A DNA stretch of 63,010 bases, counting the filler, from Sluysia triapertura (taxonomy: Eukaryota), in the NCBI GenBank assembly GCA_046118255.1. It is 5 parts of 5 records of this genome, joined end to end, with 100 filler letters (N's around TTAATTAATTAA, not from the genome) between each part and the next. Parts side by side here need not be neighbours in the genome. Positions count along the whole stretch, not along the records: positions 11,688 to 25,296 come from JBJNIA010029499.1; positions 25,397 to 37,036 come from JBJNIA010182579.1; 3 more parts are not named here. One strand, given 5' to 3'. The translations under genes and the position numbers were made by a program. Below are positions 12,957 to 28,400 of this stretch, one piece after another. Numbering within the stretch: position 1 is the stretch's first letter; each line of letters opens with the position of its first letter. Under the pieces are notes generated by a model. The model searched no databases and was not told the DNA's origin. It was given only the letters and a program-made list of their open reading frames with translations.

Positions 12957-14891
12957 ACGAGTCTCACTAAATAAAACTAAAAAGAACTAAAATAAAAAAA
13001 TAATAATAGCGTTTACAATAATAACAAGGATATTACAATCTCTTTAAAATAAAACAACCAGGAATGACGCAACAGACTAAAAAATTTCAATAATAATTAT
13101 GTTATATAAATATCTTTGGTCAACGTAACAGAGTACAAATTTTAGTTTTGATTGTCGTAATAACAACTTGTATAGTGATTTATTTTTGCTATTCACTTAA
13201 ATGGCCGAATTCTATTAAATTTTAATTGATCAAAAAAGTAAAATTACTAAATGCCATCAATCATTTACTAAAGCATGTTATCAAAATTTGTTACTAAGAC
13301 AAGACATTTTGTCGAATTATGTGAAGTATAATATAAGTACTATGAAACAAAAATTACGAATTTTTCTATATATGGTATCATGTTGGAAAGCTACCTTAAT
13401 CATCGTCACAAATAAACGCGTTTATTATCTTGCTTTATTTAACGAATTAATAACATTGTTATTATCCATGATTTGTTTAGCAATTATGCCCATGATAGAC
13501 AATTATAAAAATACCATGTTTTTTTCATTTTCCTTTGTGTTTGCAATAGTTATTCAAACTGTTATATATTTTTTGTTGCATTTTATTGCATAAATAAAAT
13601 ATTGAATTTCGTCATTGTATTAAACTCTACTTTTAAAGGCATTAAGCCTAATTCATTGAAAAAATTTTTGTTTTTTACTAATTGTTTTCACATTAAAGTT
13701 AAATGTTTTTTGTTAATTAAATTGTTAAATTTTTTGAATACCTCTTTAAAAAATAAATAGAATTAAGCATAATTTATTAAAGTTAAATGAAAATAATATT
13801 AATTTATTACAATCAAGTTACTTAACGCCCTCCACAAAGACAATCAACAACTACAGCCAAGACACCCCCACCTCCAGGAGATGCTTCAGTCCATGTTCCA
13901 GATCAGATAGAAAATTCTATCCTGTGAATCAAAAGAAAAAACCAAAGCAAGAATCTGAAGAACTATCTAGTCGGAAGGTAAAATCATTATTTGTATAGCC
14001 TTCGGGCAAAGATTTTAGTTACAATATTTAATACATTTTTGTTAATTATTATTGTTATTATTATTACATTATAATTTTATTGAAAATTTTATTAAAATTA
14101 TTAAAATTATTGAATTGTTATTTTACTAAATTAATATTAAAGTATTGTTTTAGTTATTAAAATCATAAAACTAAAAATAAAAATGTATAAATAACATTAT
14201 GTATTAAGTAATGATTCACAAATTTCGAACTTTACACTGTTACAGAATTTTTGATTTAAAAGTTTTGAAAGAAGTTATTGATTTATTTTAATAAAATTTT
14301 GGTTTTGAAGGAAGTCATCATTTTATTGTATATTCACATTCAAATCAGCGATTTATTTATAATCAGTTTATTAAACGACTTAATTGAAATTTTAACAGAA
14401 AGAAATCATTTTGTTCATTAAAAAAGTGTTGTCAATAAAAATAATATAATTTTAAATAAAATAATACAATTTTAATAGTTAATTATTATCGATATAAATT
14501 GAATTCAAGTAAATTATTATTAGAATAATAATAATCTTAATATTATTATAAAATTATTATATTTTGAATTTTTAGAGTCGAATTTTTATAGTAATCAATT
14601 TAACTAATTATAACACACATTGTTCAATTCTTTTTATTAGTATTGTTTCTTACGTCATTGTATTTTTACGATTAATTAAAAGACTTATTGATTTTATTAA
14701 AGTTGATTATACTATCGATATTTTTCTTTTATTTAATAAATATATTAAGAAATGTACTTGCTTTCAATGAGTTTAAAACAATTATTGTAAAGTTGCGCAT
14801 AAAAATTTAACAAAATTTATTAAATCGAAGAAATTTAGAAAAAGCGTACAACATACAATTGACCTCAGACTATCTTCATACTCTTTCTGAC

Positions 14892-14947
14892 GCTGCAAAA
14901 TCTATGTGCTGGCCTTTTAGTAAGTCCAGTATCATAGAGAACTAACC
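14892..14947. repeat. Short dispersed repeat (second copy at 61528-61586)
   Basis: GCTGCAAA(A)TCTATGTGCTGGCC...AGTAAGTCYAGTATCAYAGAGAACT is present at both loci. Confidence 0.8.
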
Positions 14948-15479
14948 TTAAAATATACAAATAGAAAAAAAAATAAAATAATTTCAGCCTAGCATAACAT
15001 AAATAGCAAAAGGTATTCACTTAATACAACTCAAAGAAAGTAAACGAAAATGTATTCGCATTGTATAACAATAATTAATTAAAAGTTTAACATATTATAA
15101 ATTTTACTAACATATTATAACTAGTACTAAGTAATTGAAGTAATTAAAAGAAGTTTTACATATTATATCTAAAAGAATTTCCACATATTATAATTTTCAC
15201 AATTAAATGTAGAATAAAAATAGAAGTATAAATGAATAAAAATGAAAATTATGTAAATAGCAGGAGAACGATAATACAAGTACGATGACAATAATGTTTA
15301 ATATTATAATATTAAAGTTTAGATTGTAATTGTGTGTAAAAGTTAACGTAAGTATTATTATTATTATGATCGTTGTGAAAATTTGTTGTATTTTGAATTA
15401 TGTTGTGTTTCAGATTTTTGTTTGTTATTTGTTGACTTTTTAATAATTGTATTAAGTTTATTTGAAGTTTGTTTATGCA

Positions 15480-16560
15480 TTTGGCGTTGAATTCACCACA
15501 CCTTATAAGTCTGGATTGCCATTCCAGTTAAATAATTTTGTATTTTTTTAATTTTTCGGCTTCATTTTCTTTTTCTGACTGGTAATTAATTTATCCTGAT
15601 CATTCCTTTTTTGATTTGCCTTTTCAACTATATTCACATTAATGTCCATATTCCTCAGAAATGGAAAACATTCATAAGCACATGATTCTTAAGCCCGATA
15701 AAGGGATGATTCTACACTATCTTCATTTTGGAGGCCTATTGTAATTATAGATACTTCTTATAGAATCTGTACGATAATTCTCAATCTCCATCTAATTGAT
15801 TGTATTAAATCACTTATATAGTCGGATGCTTGTTTAGAAAATATTCATACACTTCATACATTTCTCCAATGTTTTCCATAAGTTCCTCATGACTGCGATT
15901 AAGAGTAGTTCGCAGAGCCTACTCTTAATCTAATCTGTTGGCCTTCCTACAGTCAAAGTTGGTGTGAAGTTGGTTGTCTTTATCCTTTGCCTATGCATTG
16001 AAACCGAGATTTGATTTGCTATCGATATTATTGAACCCTTAGCATACTCAAATTATTCCTTCGCTTGCTTAGATTGTGCTGATATCATAATTGCATCAAA
16101 ATCAATACATTTATACAAAACACTCTTTCTTTCTACTTTTATAAATCTTAAATTCAGACCTCATAAACGTGGTTTTATTAATAAACGCAAAGGGAAATTT
16201 CACCACCTATGATAACCCGGTGCCCATTATTGATTCAAAGGTTCATTATGCGTACTTGGGTATTGTTAAAGACTCATTTATTGAATGTTTGCTAAAAACA
16301 GCTCTGTCCAATTGTTCCAAAATTCTGGCTTCTTAACTTCAACTCCAGAAAATTAGGGCAATATGTACATTCTCTTAAGGTTTCCCTACAGATTCAGAGC
16401 ATCCAAGATTTGACGAACTCAACTCGAGAATGCCTAAATGAACTCTGATTATGAACAGGACTCACATACTTTTGATAGACAATTCCGGACTCTTCTGCGA
16501 CTGTGCTTGAAACTTCACTTTAATTCTTCTTCTGTTAACTTTTTCTACGAAACAATCGAC
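15480..16560 (-). mobile_element. Decayed LTR-retrotransposon pol/integrase fragment
   Basis: Scattered minus-strand remnants (SRFQCIG, KTTNFTP, ALRTTLNRS) in integrase-like order. Heavily disrupted. Confidence 0.3.
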
Positions 16561-18172
16561 TTTATCTTTATTGTGACTTTATATAGTGTGCAAATTTATT
16601 ATGTACATATTCCCTTTGTACTATAGCTTTGTTACCGTTTAAACTTCTATTTGTTTTATATTAGTTTGAATTTCTGTTTGTTTTATGTCGAATGTTTAAG
16701 GACCGGATATGGATCATGGAATTATTAACGTGGCTATATCATGTACTTCATAGAAAGATATAAGCGATGTAAGTTTGAATAATTTCGATGACTTAATGTC
16801 AAAATTTGAAGACATCATATTACATAAACAACGTTTAAAGTTTGATTTATTATTTTAAGAATACTACATAATTTGGTTGATTATACATTTGATATTACGT
16901 TGTTTATTAATATTAAAATTGCATGAATGCTTATTTAGATTTAATTAGGTATTAATATTAATGTAAGGTATTAATATTAATAATTTCTTTTATTCTCTTA
17001 TAATTTAATATTATTGTTAAAATAAGTTTAACTAACACACTTCAATATGAATATGGAATATCCTAACTTTGTGGCAACTAACTGCAACTTTGGTGATAAA
17101 AGCAAATTCGACTTTATGGGGCACAATTACCCAGCACAGAGAATTTAAAAAAATATTTATATAAAATAAGAATCTGAAATTTCAAAATAAATACCTTAAA
17201 AATTGTCTGCAATAAAAAAATTCTGCCTTTAGAGGGTTAATATCCGTAACGAAAATGTATATGATACGTTAAAATTTTGTTTTAAGATTGGTGTGCACAT
17301 TTCATTATCATTTAGAGTAACAAAAAAATTATATTAAAACGCTTTAGTATGTTAAATGTGAGGAAGCTGTCAAATATTTAAGAATTGTGTGATTTAAATT
17401 GAAAGTTTTATTATTTTGTTATAGAATTAAGTGTAATGATTTAAAACACGAAAACATTATCTAAAGTGTTGTTCACTGTTTTAGGTATAGTAGTACTCTA
17501 CTAAACAACAAATCACACTGTACAACTTCAGAACCCTTTAATTAATAACATATGTTGGGCCCCATATATACCAATAACACATATGTAACTTTTCATATAT
17601 CTTATAATATATATGCAATCATATGCCCTCTCATAAACGTTGATTGTTTTAAAATTGTCTAAAATAAACCGAATCTCCATCAATCTTACGAAATAAATGT
17701 AAATACTCTTCTAAACAATTGGTTTCTTCAAATAAACAATTTGAAAACCGAGAATTAGTATCATTGTAAATTTTAACATCTAAACGTTTTTGTGTTAAAT
17801 TTTTAATTTTACACATTAGCTGAACGGTTTAATTGTGTTTCAATTTTATAAATTTAGTACACAAAGAAATTTTATTGAAGTTTAGCATAATCTTTGATGA
17901 TGAAGCGTTATGAAAACAGTATGTAATTTTGTGAAGGACGATAGAATAATAATTATTGGTGTTACATACACAATGCACATTTCAGGTATCACTTGATATG
18001 TTTTAACTTCAGAAAACAATTTCGTAATATTCAAATAAACTACTGCTTAACTATTGTACATTTTAATTCGCTAGAATAAAATCCATAAACTTTTTAAAAT
18101 CAAAAAGCTTTTCGACGTGAATTTTAAAACGATAGAACGGCTTAAAATGCTTATTCTTTGGAACAAAAGTGC

Positions 18173-18433
18173 TTAAATTAAATCATAATTTTTCTTATCT
18201 TTTAAAATTTCCATATATTTTGAACATTTGTGAATTAGCTGCATGATTAAAGTAGAATTGTATAACTGCACGTTTTCTCTATTCGGACAAGTTTTTCCTC
18301 TATGGTTTTTAGAACAGTATAAACATGTTGAATCATTTAATTTATATCTGCAATTATGAGCGGTGTGACCAAAAGCTTGTATAAAATGATAACTCATAAG
18401 GTTGCAACTTTGAAAATCTATATATGCATACAA
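18173..18433 (-). mobile_element. LINE ORF1-like zinc-knuckle remnant
   Basis: ORF-track peptide QAFGHTAHNCRYKLNDSTCLYCSKNHRGKTC, a tandem CCHC-like pattern typical of non-LTR ORF1. Confidence 0.55.
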
Positions 18434-21400
18434 ATAATATAAACGTACTAAAATACTGTAACAGGCCTAGAAATTATAGAATAAAATTGAGAATACCATT
18501 GCGAAGATAAATGAAGATTCTTTTAAGATTATAGCAATATATTAATTAATAATGATTTAAAATGTTATGATTAAAATTGGATTTAATAAATCATTTTGTT
18601 TGTATAAATTATGTTTTATTTGGCTCACAATTTATTTTTTGATTGTGGAACAAACATTAGCTTTTCATAAATAAATCCGTTGCTTCTAGATTAAAAATGA
18701 CTGAAAACATTCAATTTTAAGAATCAAAAAATGTGCAAATTTATTTATTATAGAATTAAAGTACACAGAACTTATCATAAACTATACGCCATATCTATAT
18801 ATGAAAATGATGAGCTCAGGTTGTTACAATTAGTACTCGACCTTGTTTCGTAAGCTTATTATTATTCCTAAAGATATTGTTATTTGTGCAGTTTGTACGG
18901 ATCATTTTGATTTCCTCATGATTATCTGATAATACTAACAGAAAAGGAAATCTTAGAGAAAGCTTAAAGAACCTGAGGGCTATTCGAAATTCAAATTTCC
19001 ATAAAAGGTTATATGTCAAATTACATTCAAACTTAATATATTTGGAAAGCGATGAAGAAATCGTAATCGAAGCTGACGCTGGATGTAATACTTACGTTCG
19101 TGACATTATTTTCAATCCTGATGTAACGTGTATTGTTAGCATTGATCATTTGAAAGATACTGAAAACTGAAACACGAAAGACAACAAGAAAAGTGTGTCA
19201 AATGAACTTGCGTCAATTGTTTAATTTTGTTACTCTACGTTTTCGATTAATAAATGCACTTAGTGAGTGAACTACATTAAGTAACTGTATGCTACAAGTC
19301 AATATGTTGGGTTACAATGATTCTAGTATTGCAACCGTTTGAAACAAGCGAGCTTAATGAAGTTGCTTTGTTTCAAAAATTCAAGACAATGATAAATTAA
19401 TAATGAAATTGAGTAGATAAATTAGGCCCAGCAATACATTAAGAGGATAACGTTACTACTGGAGGTCTTTTGAAGATTAATGATAATCCAAACAAATAAA
19501 CGTTTTAATTACTACGATACTGTATTAAACTTTAGTGACATTGTTTTTTATTTATTTAATATAAATATTGAAGTTAGGAATATGAATTTAGCAACAAATT
19601 TCATGTAAGCTGTTTTTCAAGTACATAATAAAATTGTAATGATTTTTGGCAATAATAATAAGCAAAAATCCTCAAACATCTAAACCACAAAACTAATAAG
19701 ACAAGCACAAAATGTACATATTTCAGTTCCTTATTCATACTTATGATTATTAAAAATAAAATTAAGATTATAAGGACACAAATAAAGTATTATGAACTAA
19801 AACTAATATTTTTAAAGAATTTTTGTAACTTGAATGATTATCACTACAATTGTTCTTTTCATGATAAATCTATAACATTAATACATGTGACACTCAATTC
19901 CAATAAATAATATTTTTTGATTAAAAATATACAAATATATCCTTTTGTTTCTAATCAATAATTAATTGTTTTAGCATTTTTCAACATAATTAATAAATGT
20001 AAAACTGCATAATCCCTCTTCATCCCTAGTGGAAAAATATATAATAAACTTAATTTGCCATTGTTGCTACTAAATGCGATATCCTATTGTATATAAAATT
20101 CCATACTGACTCAGTATTAGCTGATATGTATTGATAACTGGGTGGATATAATGTCCTGACGAGCCTTAAAAGTATCATAATATTTTCATTTTTTTCAATA
20201 ATTGCATGAAGGTTTAACGATTCTGAAATCTTGATAAGAAAATTCAGTTTTTAGGTAACTGATCAATAGTTAATATGTTATTTAGATTTCGAAAATAATG
20301 TAAAGTTTTTATAGATCAAATGATTTACAAAGAATATAATCACAAATCGTGAATATAACACTTTGATTTAAGTAAATTTATCAAGACTAAATTTTTAAAG
20401 AATGACACACAAAAAATTAAATAACTTCTTAGTTTTATTTTTTCAAAGTACAAACTTCGAATAACATGTAATTATTTAATTTTTTTGATGTGCTTATATA
20501 AAAGCATGTAATTTATCTAAAAACTAATTCATAAAATAATTTAAATTAATCAAACTTTAATCGAAGAAAAACTAACTCGATACATCATCAGTGTTTTGAG
20601 TCATTTTTTTAAAATAAAAACCATTAGAATCAATTCGACTTTAAAATAAAATAAAAATTTTAAACACAAAACTGTACCGTTTCTTTTCAAATATTTCATC
20701 GATTCGACTATTAATGATATTAAAATCATCACTTAATTCAGTCGAAAAATCATCTGATTTTTCAAAATCTGTCCCGTTTCTATCCTAAAATAAATCATTT
20801 TACATAATCATTTTAAAGAGCTTAACTGATTTTGTTATTTTTGGTTCTTTAATACTTTGTTTTGGAGTAGAGTATTTATTAAATCTAAACTAAAACAATT
20901 CCAAAATCAATACAATTACTTTGAATTATTAAACAAAGGTTTTTCATTCAATTTTTGACTTATTAGTTTTGCTTTAATTAAATCTAATTTCCTATATTCA
21001 AAATTGAAAGTTAATTAAAATTTATTACATATATTCCAAACTGTCATCTGGCTCAGACATGTTGAAAAGAAATTAAAATTAAATAAAATTCATGCTTTAA
21101 AAGATAATTTACATGTACATATTAAATATTATTTTATTGTTGAATTTTATCATAATAAAATTTTTTAATATAATTTTTTAATATAATTTTTAATAAATTT
21201 TTTTTAATCAACAAAAATATTACTATAGTACTATGAATATATAAACAATCACGAAAATAAAATATTTATCTTTGACTTATAAGAGAATTTAAGTATTGAA
21301 ATATATCACACGTAAGTGAAATATTAAGATAGTGGGAAATTTGCCATTTATTTTACTCATTTATACTTATAGTATAAAAAATAGTTCTTATTTTTATTCG

Positions 21401-24082
21401 TTTAATTCCGAGACTTATTCAGCAGCTGTAAAAGAATGTAATAAATTTACATAAAGTAATTAATAATATCTAATATGAAGTAAGTACTAAAGCCACTTCG
21501 TTATAATATTTTATATTATTTGTTATATGTGCTTTATCATTCATTGTAACATTTTTTAAACGGAACGAGTGTTGTCTTTGTTAATGCATCTTAGTGTATA
21601 GAATATAATCCTATAGGTTGGTCTTTTTACTAAAAAATATAAATCGTATATTATAGGTGAACCCATGTAAAAGTAATTTATAGGTGTTAATAAAATAAAA
21701 ACCTAGCACGTGGAAAATAACATTAATTAACGTATGATTTTTAAATTCATCGGTTTTACTAATTTTGAGATGTTTCAAAATAAGTCGATGAAGATAATAA
21801 AAAATTACTTATTTTTATTAATTTTTTATAATTAAATTTATATATGTTGTAATGTTCAAACATAATCAATGTATATATCAAATCAGACAGGTTAATGTAT
21901 GATGTATTTGTTGGGATTCCCAACTGTAATGAGTATTGAACCAATAAAATCTTTTGTCTTCCAGTTTAAATCATTTCGCAGTAATCTAGAAGTGTTATCG
22001 AATTTTGTGAATCAGTATTAGCTTTATTCATATGCTTATATTTGAGATGAAGAAGCCCAAAGTAAACTTCTTCCATTTCATTTAAATGAAAAGCATTTGA
22101 TGCTCGTTTGAATATTTCTGAAAACAATAAAATACACGGAAACACTTAATTAGTGATTTTAGAAATCCGTTGTCACAATAAGATTCTAAATTTGTTAATT
22201 ATAAAACTTTCGAAACATACTACAAGTTAGTAACGAAACCATCACACAATTTTTATTTGATTTGAAGCAATTAGTAAATAATGTATATGTTCAACTTTTG
22301 CTTAGTTCAAAACAAATATATAATTAATACGAAAAGGACGTATCCGCAGATAGCATCAAGTCTACGAAAGAATAACTTAATCGTTGAAGTAATAAAACGA
22401 GGGTCAATCTATTAGCTGTTCGCTTCAATTAATTAGAGAAAACTATCTTCTTATTGCGTTATTTAGCAATTTAAATGTTTAATCATAAGCAACTTTAAAA
22501 TTATTTACTTAAACGTAACAATGATAACTTTAATGTCAAATATGTCAATTCTTTTGTTATTGAATAGTAATTTATTCTCTTTCTATAAAACAATTCTAAA
22601 ATTACCTCTTAAGGTATGTGTACAGCTTTATATATTCAGCAATTAAAAATATTTAGTTAGAAACGTAATAAATATAACTTTCTTAAATTAAAACTATTCA
22701 ATTCCTTTCGGTTTAATTAGAAGAGTGTTAATATTTTAACCTTTCAATAACAACAAAAAATCACTTGGAAACAAAATTATTTATTCAACATTAAACAAGT
22801 AAATAAAAGAAACGACAATAGAATAATATAATAATATATTGTAATTTATCATAAATTAATAAAACAAATTTTAATATGATATATTTTGATCCAGGAGTAA
22901 TTCTTGGATGCCAAATTGAAAATGATTTTGAGTAGTATGTTGATGCAAAATATATTAATGCAATATCCTTATTAAGAATAAGCTTACCTAAGATTCATCG
23001 TCATAAAAATCTCCAATAGATAATTGATCCAAGTATTGTTCAAACAAAAAATATAATTTCGTGAATTCCAAAATATCGAATAAAATTATGTATAACGAGT
23101 CGATCCTCAAACTTAGTTTCCACTAGTAGATTTATAAAGATTTGTAATTCCTTGTTATTAGTCTCCTTATTTTTTGGTGTTTATATACTTTGTTCCATGA
23201 TTGACAAGTTATGAACCATAAATAAGCTTATTCTTTAAAATTCAAATAAATATTTATGATAATTTTATGTGAACGACAATAGAAAATAAATATTTATGAT
23301 AATATTTATGATATTTTACTGAAAAATACACAAGTTTAATTAACTATTTACAATTAATTTATGATTTTATTTACAAAATTTTAATTTATAAGATTTTCAA
23401 ATAAATAATATTTATAAAATTTGCATAATAATAATTTTATATTTACAAAATTTTCAAATAATTTACATAATAATTTTAATATTCATGTTATTTACAGTAT
23501 TTACATATATCTCAGTTTTACAAACGAAAAAAATTGAATTAATTACTGAAAAATTTATTGATTGATGTAACTTTTGATGTTAGATCTAAACATTTTAGAT
23601 GAGCTAGTTCAAAAAGCGTCAAACATAGAAAGTAGAACAGGAATTACGCACCAATCTAATCTGAGGACCATTGAGTTTAAAATATGTACTGAAATAGGCT
23701 GACAAATGCATAAATTTTCTAAGAATCGAAATAATTTTTCCATAATATAAGTTTAACAATTTGGTAACAATAAGATAAAATTTTTTAGGCTGAAAACATC
23801 ATTTATTATATATAATCATTTGATAGTTAAAACACATGAGTCATTTTTAAAAGCCTAGAAGGTAATTAGTTCCATTTGAAACGTAGTAGTAGTTTCTTCA
23901 GCGAATATTATTAAAAATGTGTCTCAATTTTCCAGGATATTATAATTACACAAAGTTCTTGTAATCTACTCAATGCAACATCAATACAATTCTTTTTACA
24001 TTAAAATAATTTGTGTATAATTTTTGTGGTGTACGTATTGTTTTAAGGTTAAACTTTTTCTTTTGCTAGATTTATTACTATA

Positions 24083-24150
<68 letters not shown>

Positions 24151-25396
24151 AATTTTGATTATTGTTGTGATTGGTATGAAAATAACAATTATTATTGCTT
24201 TGTTATAATCTTATTAAGAACTCAAAAGTCCTTAAAATAAATCATTTTAATATTTATTATTGTATTTTAATTAAATTTCTAAATTAAATAATTTTCCTAA
24301 ATAATCAATTGAAATTGATTTCCCTTGAAAGGAAATGTTCAGCATATGTAACAGATTAGTAGGAATAACTATTCTAATTATTATGTTATTTCATTATTAT
24401 TATTATATAAATATAATTAACTGAAACAATTTCAAAGTTAATTAAAATATCTGAATAATTAAAGACATTTAGCATTTATTATATAAGATATAAACTATTG
24501 TTTGTATTATTGACCAATAGTGTAACGTTTAATTCAAATCCCATATTTCGTAGAAATTGACAATCACTATCCAATGTATTTGAATTTTGACAAATATTTT
24601 GAACCTCATTTAAATTTTGTAGTTGTAAAGTCAACTCTTTTATAACTTTTAAATTTTTATTTTCTTCATTAGATGAGTCAACTTGGTTGCATAATATTTG
24701 AGAAACTGGACTTTTACTATGTTTTTGATTATTTATGTTTCCTGCTTCTATTATTATTGCCAACAATTATATTTATTGTCTGTCTTGCAAATAGCACATG
24801 ATCAATTTATAAATCGTACTCTATTTTGTTAGCTTAAATTATACTGATTTTGGCTATTATACATAATAAATTATGTATTCGGCCTAAAAAAATTTTATGT
24901 TATTGTTACCAAATTGTTAAAACTTATATTATGGAAAAATTATTTCGATTCGTAGAAAATTTATACATTTGTCCGCTTATATCAGTACAAATTTTAGACT
25001 CAATGGTCCTCACATTAGACTGGTGCGAAATTATGTGTGATTTAGGTTTTATTAGTAGAAATTTTATTAACGAAAGTTTCAATAGTAAAAAGTCTTTATT
25101 TATGTTAAGGAAATTTTTATTTAATTTAGAAAACTTCCAATCTTTATGAAATTTTATATCGTTATTACGAAAACTGTGCTTAAGGCACATCGAAATGTTT
25201 ATACTGTGCCGTTGAGGGCGAATAAAGTAAAAATACACTAGAATTATTTTATTAAAATATAAGTACGACACACTCATAGTCATTTTTAAAATATAANNNN
25301 NNNNNNNNNNNNNNNNNNNNNNNNNNNNNNNNNNNNNNNNTTAATTAATTAANNNNNNNNNNNNNNNNNNNNNNNNNNNNNNNNNNNNNNNNNNNN

Positions 25397-25457
<61 letters not shown>
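25397..25457. repeat. (AT)n(GT)n compound microsatellite
   Basis: Seen directly. Similar at 62534-62577; (AT)n at 51183-51218. Confidence 0.95.
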
Positions 25458-25458
<1 letters not shown>

Positions 25459-28400
25459 TAACATTATCATTGACCTCCAAAATTTTTCATATATTTGTAT
25501 CTTTACTTTGCAAAATCCTGTAGATAAGCCATTCTGTAAGTCTTAGGTCACAAGTGAACTCATTTTATTTTTCTAAATTTGTGGAATTCCATCAAAATTA
25601 TAATGTAATGAAATAGTAATAATATAATAATAATAAAAGTAAAATATAATAAGTGATTTTAGATTATAATTTTAATTTACGATGATGATAAAGATAATGC
25701 ATATGAAATTCTTGGAAGGCAAGAGTGTATAAGGATGTGACGATGTAATAAAAATGAGTTAGATATAAATTGTTGATGCTGTACAAATGTTTGAAATTGT
25801 GTTATTGTTTGAGAATGGATGGTTGGGTTTTAACTCATCACAGTAATATAAATCAGTAAGAAATTTGTAAATGCCAAATCGAAAAGCAACAAAACAGTAA
25901 TAATAAGGCAAATTGAATAATATTAAATGTAACGTTCATAATATGCTTAAAATGTCTCCCAGATCTATCATATTTTTCAGCAAATTAATGTGAGAAAACA
26001 TTTACAAATATGTTAAAAAATCAAAAACCTTACTATATAATTTGGAATAAACATATCACAATACAAAGTTATTCAAGATGAAACTGCATTTTCTTTTTAT
26101 CTAGTAAAAGATAGGATATTAACTTTGGAATATAAAATAGCGTAATAATATAACTAATGCAACATGTCAAATCAATAGAAGCGTTTTTGATTAAACATTA
26201 GCATTAAATAAAATAATAATAAAATCGATTTTGTAATTAAATAAGCATTATAAAACGAATATTTTATCAAATTTATCTAAAATGTAAAATTTAATTGATA
26301 TTTGACTTTAAAATCAAAATAATTAGAAAAGCTATCATAAAGTTTAAATATCTTAAAAAATTAATAATTTTACTCTTATAATAGCAATTTGAAATGAAGA
26401 ATTAAAGTGTAAAAGTGATAAAATAATTTATAACATTATATTAAGTGAATATAAAATTTATCTCACGTAAACGCCAAAGATTTATTATTAATTTTACATT
26501 TTCATGGTTATTTAAAATTTAATTTAAAAAATAGTAATAAATTACTCACTTTTTAATTCATTTAAAATAACTACATGGATAAATAATGAGAATGAATATT
26601 TCACATTAAAATGATATATTTTTAAATTACTATGTGACTTTGAAGTTTTATAATTACTTTATTAAAACAATTTTTAATAAAAATTTATATAATTCATTTA
26701 ATTTTGTATAACTTTTAAAGAATTTTCAAAATTAACTAAATTAATGTAATTTATTTTATGTTGGTCATAAAAAAATGATATAATACACATTTTTACATAA
26801 AGTAACTGTAACAAAAAATAATTTTAATTAATAATAAAGAATTTGAAAAATAAAGAATGTATTTTTTTAAAAATATTTAAAAACAACCTTTAAGTAACAA
26901 ATATTCTTCCTAAACAACTTAAATATTTACTAGTAGCTGTTTTTTAAAGCAATTATATCAATATTAATATTACTTTATCAAAATTTACAGCTTTACTCAA
27001 TTTTATATACTTAAATAAAATAAGTTGGTTGAAATTTTATTTTCCAAATTCTTATTACATAAAAACAGATACTAACATCTTCTTTCTAGCTGTGCAGATT
27101 TGCAAAAATGATTTTATATTATGTACAAAAATATTAATAGACTCGGGTGTGTTCCTTCTTTTCTACTCTTACGCAAAATACTAAATGACTTATATTCCTA
27201 TGGAAGACACCCTATAGGATTCAGTGATTTTGTAAGAAATTGGCTGTTACATTATCCTAATCTTTCTTGATTTTCTCAAAAAATATTATTTACTTTGATT
27301 ATTTGGTTGCAAGGCCACAGATGAACGAATAAGTTCTATTACTTTAAATTATTTTCTTACGTACGATTTCAATTAACACTGCTCTTATTTTATAAGTATT
27401 TTTGACATATTTTGTACTAAAATAATTGAAATTAAAAATCCATTAAATTATTTTTATTACAAATTTTGTAATGACAGCCGTATTTTAAATAGAAAAATAG
27501 TATATAAATCACATGATAACACAAAAAATTTATATTTAAAAGTCGTAAAGTCTTATTGTAAGAAGTAGTTTTGAGAAATAGCACCAACATTTAAAGTTTT
27601 GGCATCATCTCACCTAACCTATTTAAAGATTTTAATTGTCAAGAACCATTTCAAATTTCTAAGAAGATTTTCACATGTATTATCGTTAGTTTGATTTGAA
27701 TAAGTTTGTATACATTTTAGTGGTGCTTAAAATCCGTCTTAAAATCATTTATAATTATTTAATTATAAATATTAATATTATAAATATATTAATATGTACT
27801 GTGTTGTTTACTAACCCCTTAAATTTCTATTTTGGTGGTATATAAAATATAATTTAAAATTATATGAATCATTACCATTTTCATTTCCTGTTTAAGAAAG
27901 AAGTAAAATCACTTTTGTTAACTAGGTTAAAATCATTAATATTATTAACAAAGACGTACAAGCTATTAAATGATTATTTATTAAGTGCAGAGATTGAAAA
28001 TTCAAAATTATACTTGTTACATAGGTTTATTTTATGAATATTTTGACCTCGCAATACTCAGTAAAATTTATATTCTATTTAAAAACTTATGCTTTTGTTA
28101 ATCTACTTTAACAAATTTCTTTTATCATAAAATCTGGTGCCCAGAATAAGGATAAGTTTGATTTTTAATTAGTTATTTTAGAGTTAAGATTATTTCAGTT
28201 AAATTATAAGTTAAATTCATAAATTTATTTATTACTTTTAAGTTTTAATAAATATTCCCTCAGTTTTGATACTAATTTAAGCTATGAGTTTCATTTATAT
28301 TATAATACTGTTTTTGATTGAAGACTGATAATTATTATTTTGACTTTATACTTGTGTTTTTTGATTTTTCATTAAAAAATTATTTACCAACTTTAAGTTA

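Noticed and set aside
20150-20180. CTGACGA hammerhead core (also CTGATGA at about 53608)
   Set aside because: No stem II and GAAA partner at a suitable distance.
21870-23060. Possible upstream LAR exons (AG-led open stretch at about 22118; GTAAG donor at about 22987)
   Set aside because: Translations lack Ig motifs and hit stops; cannot be assigned.
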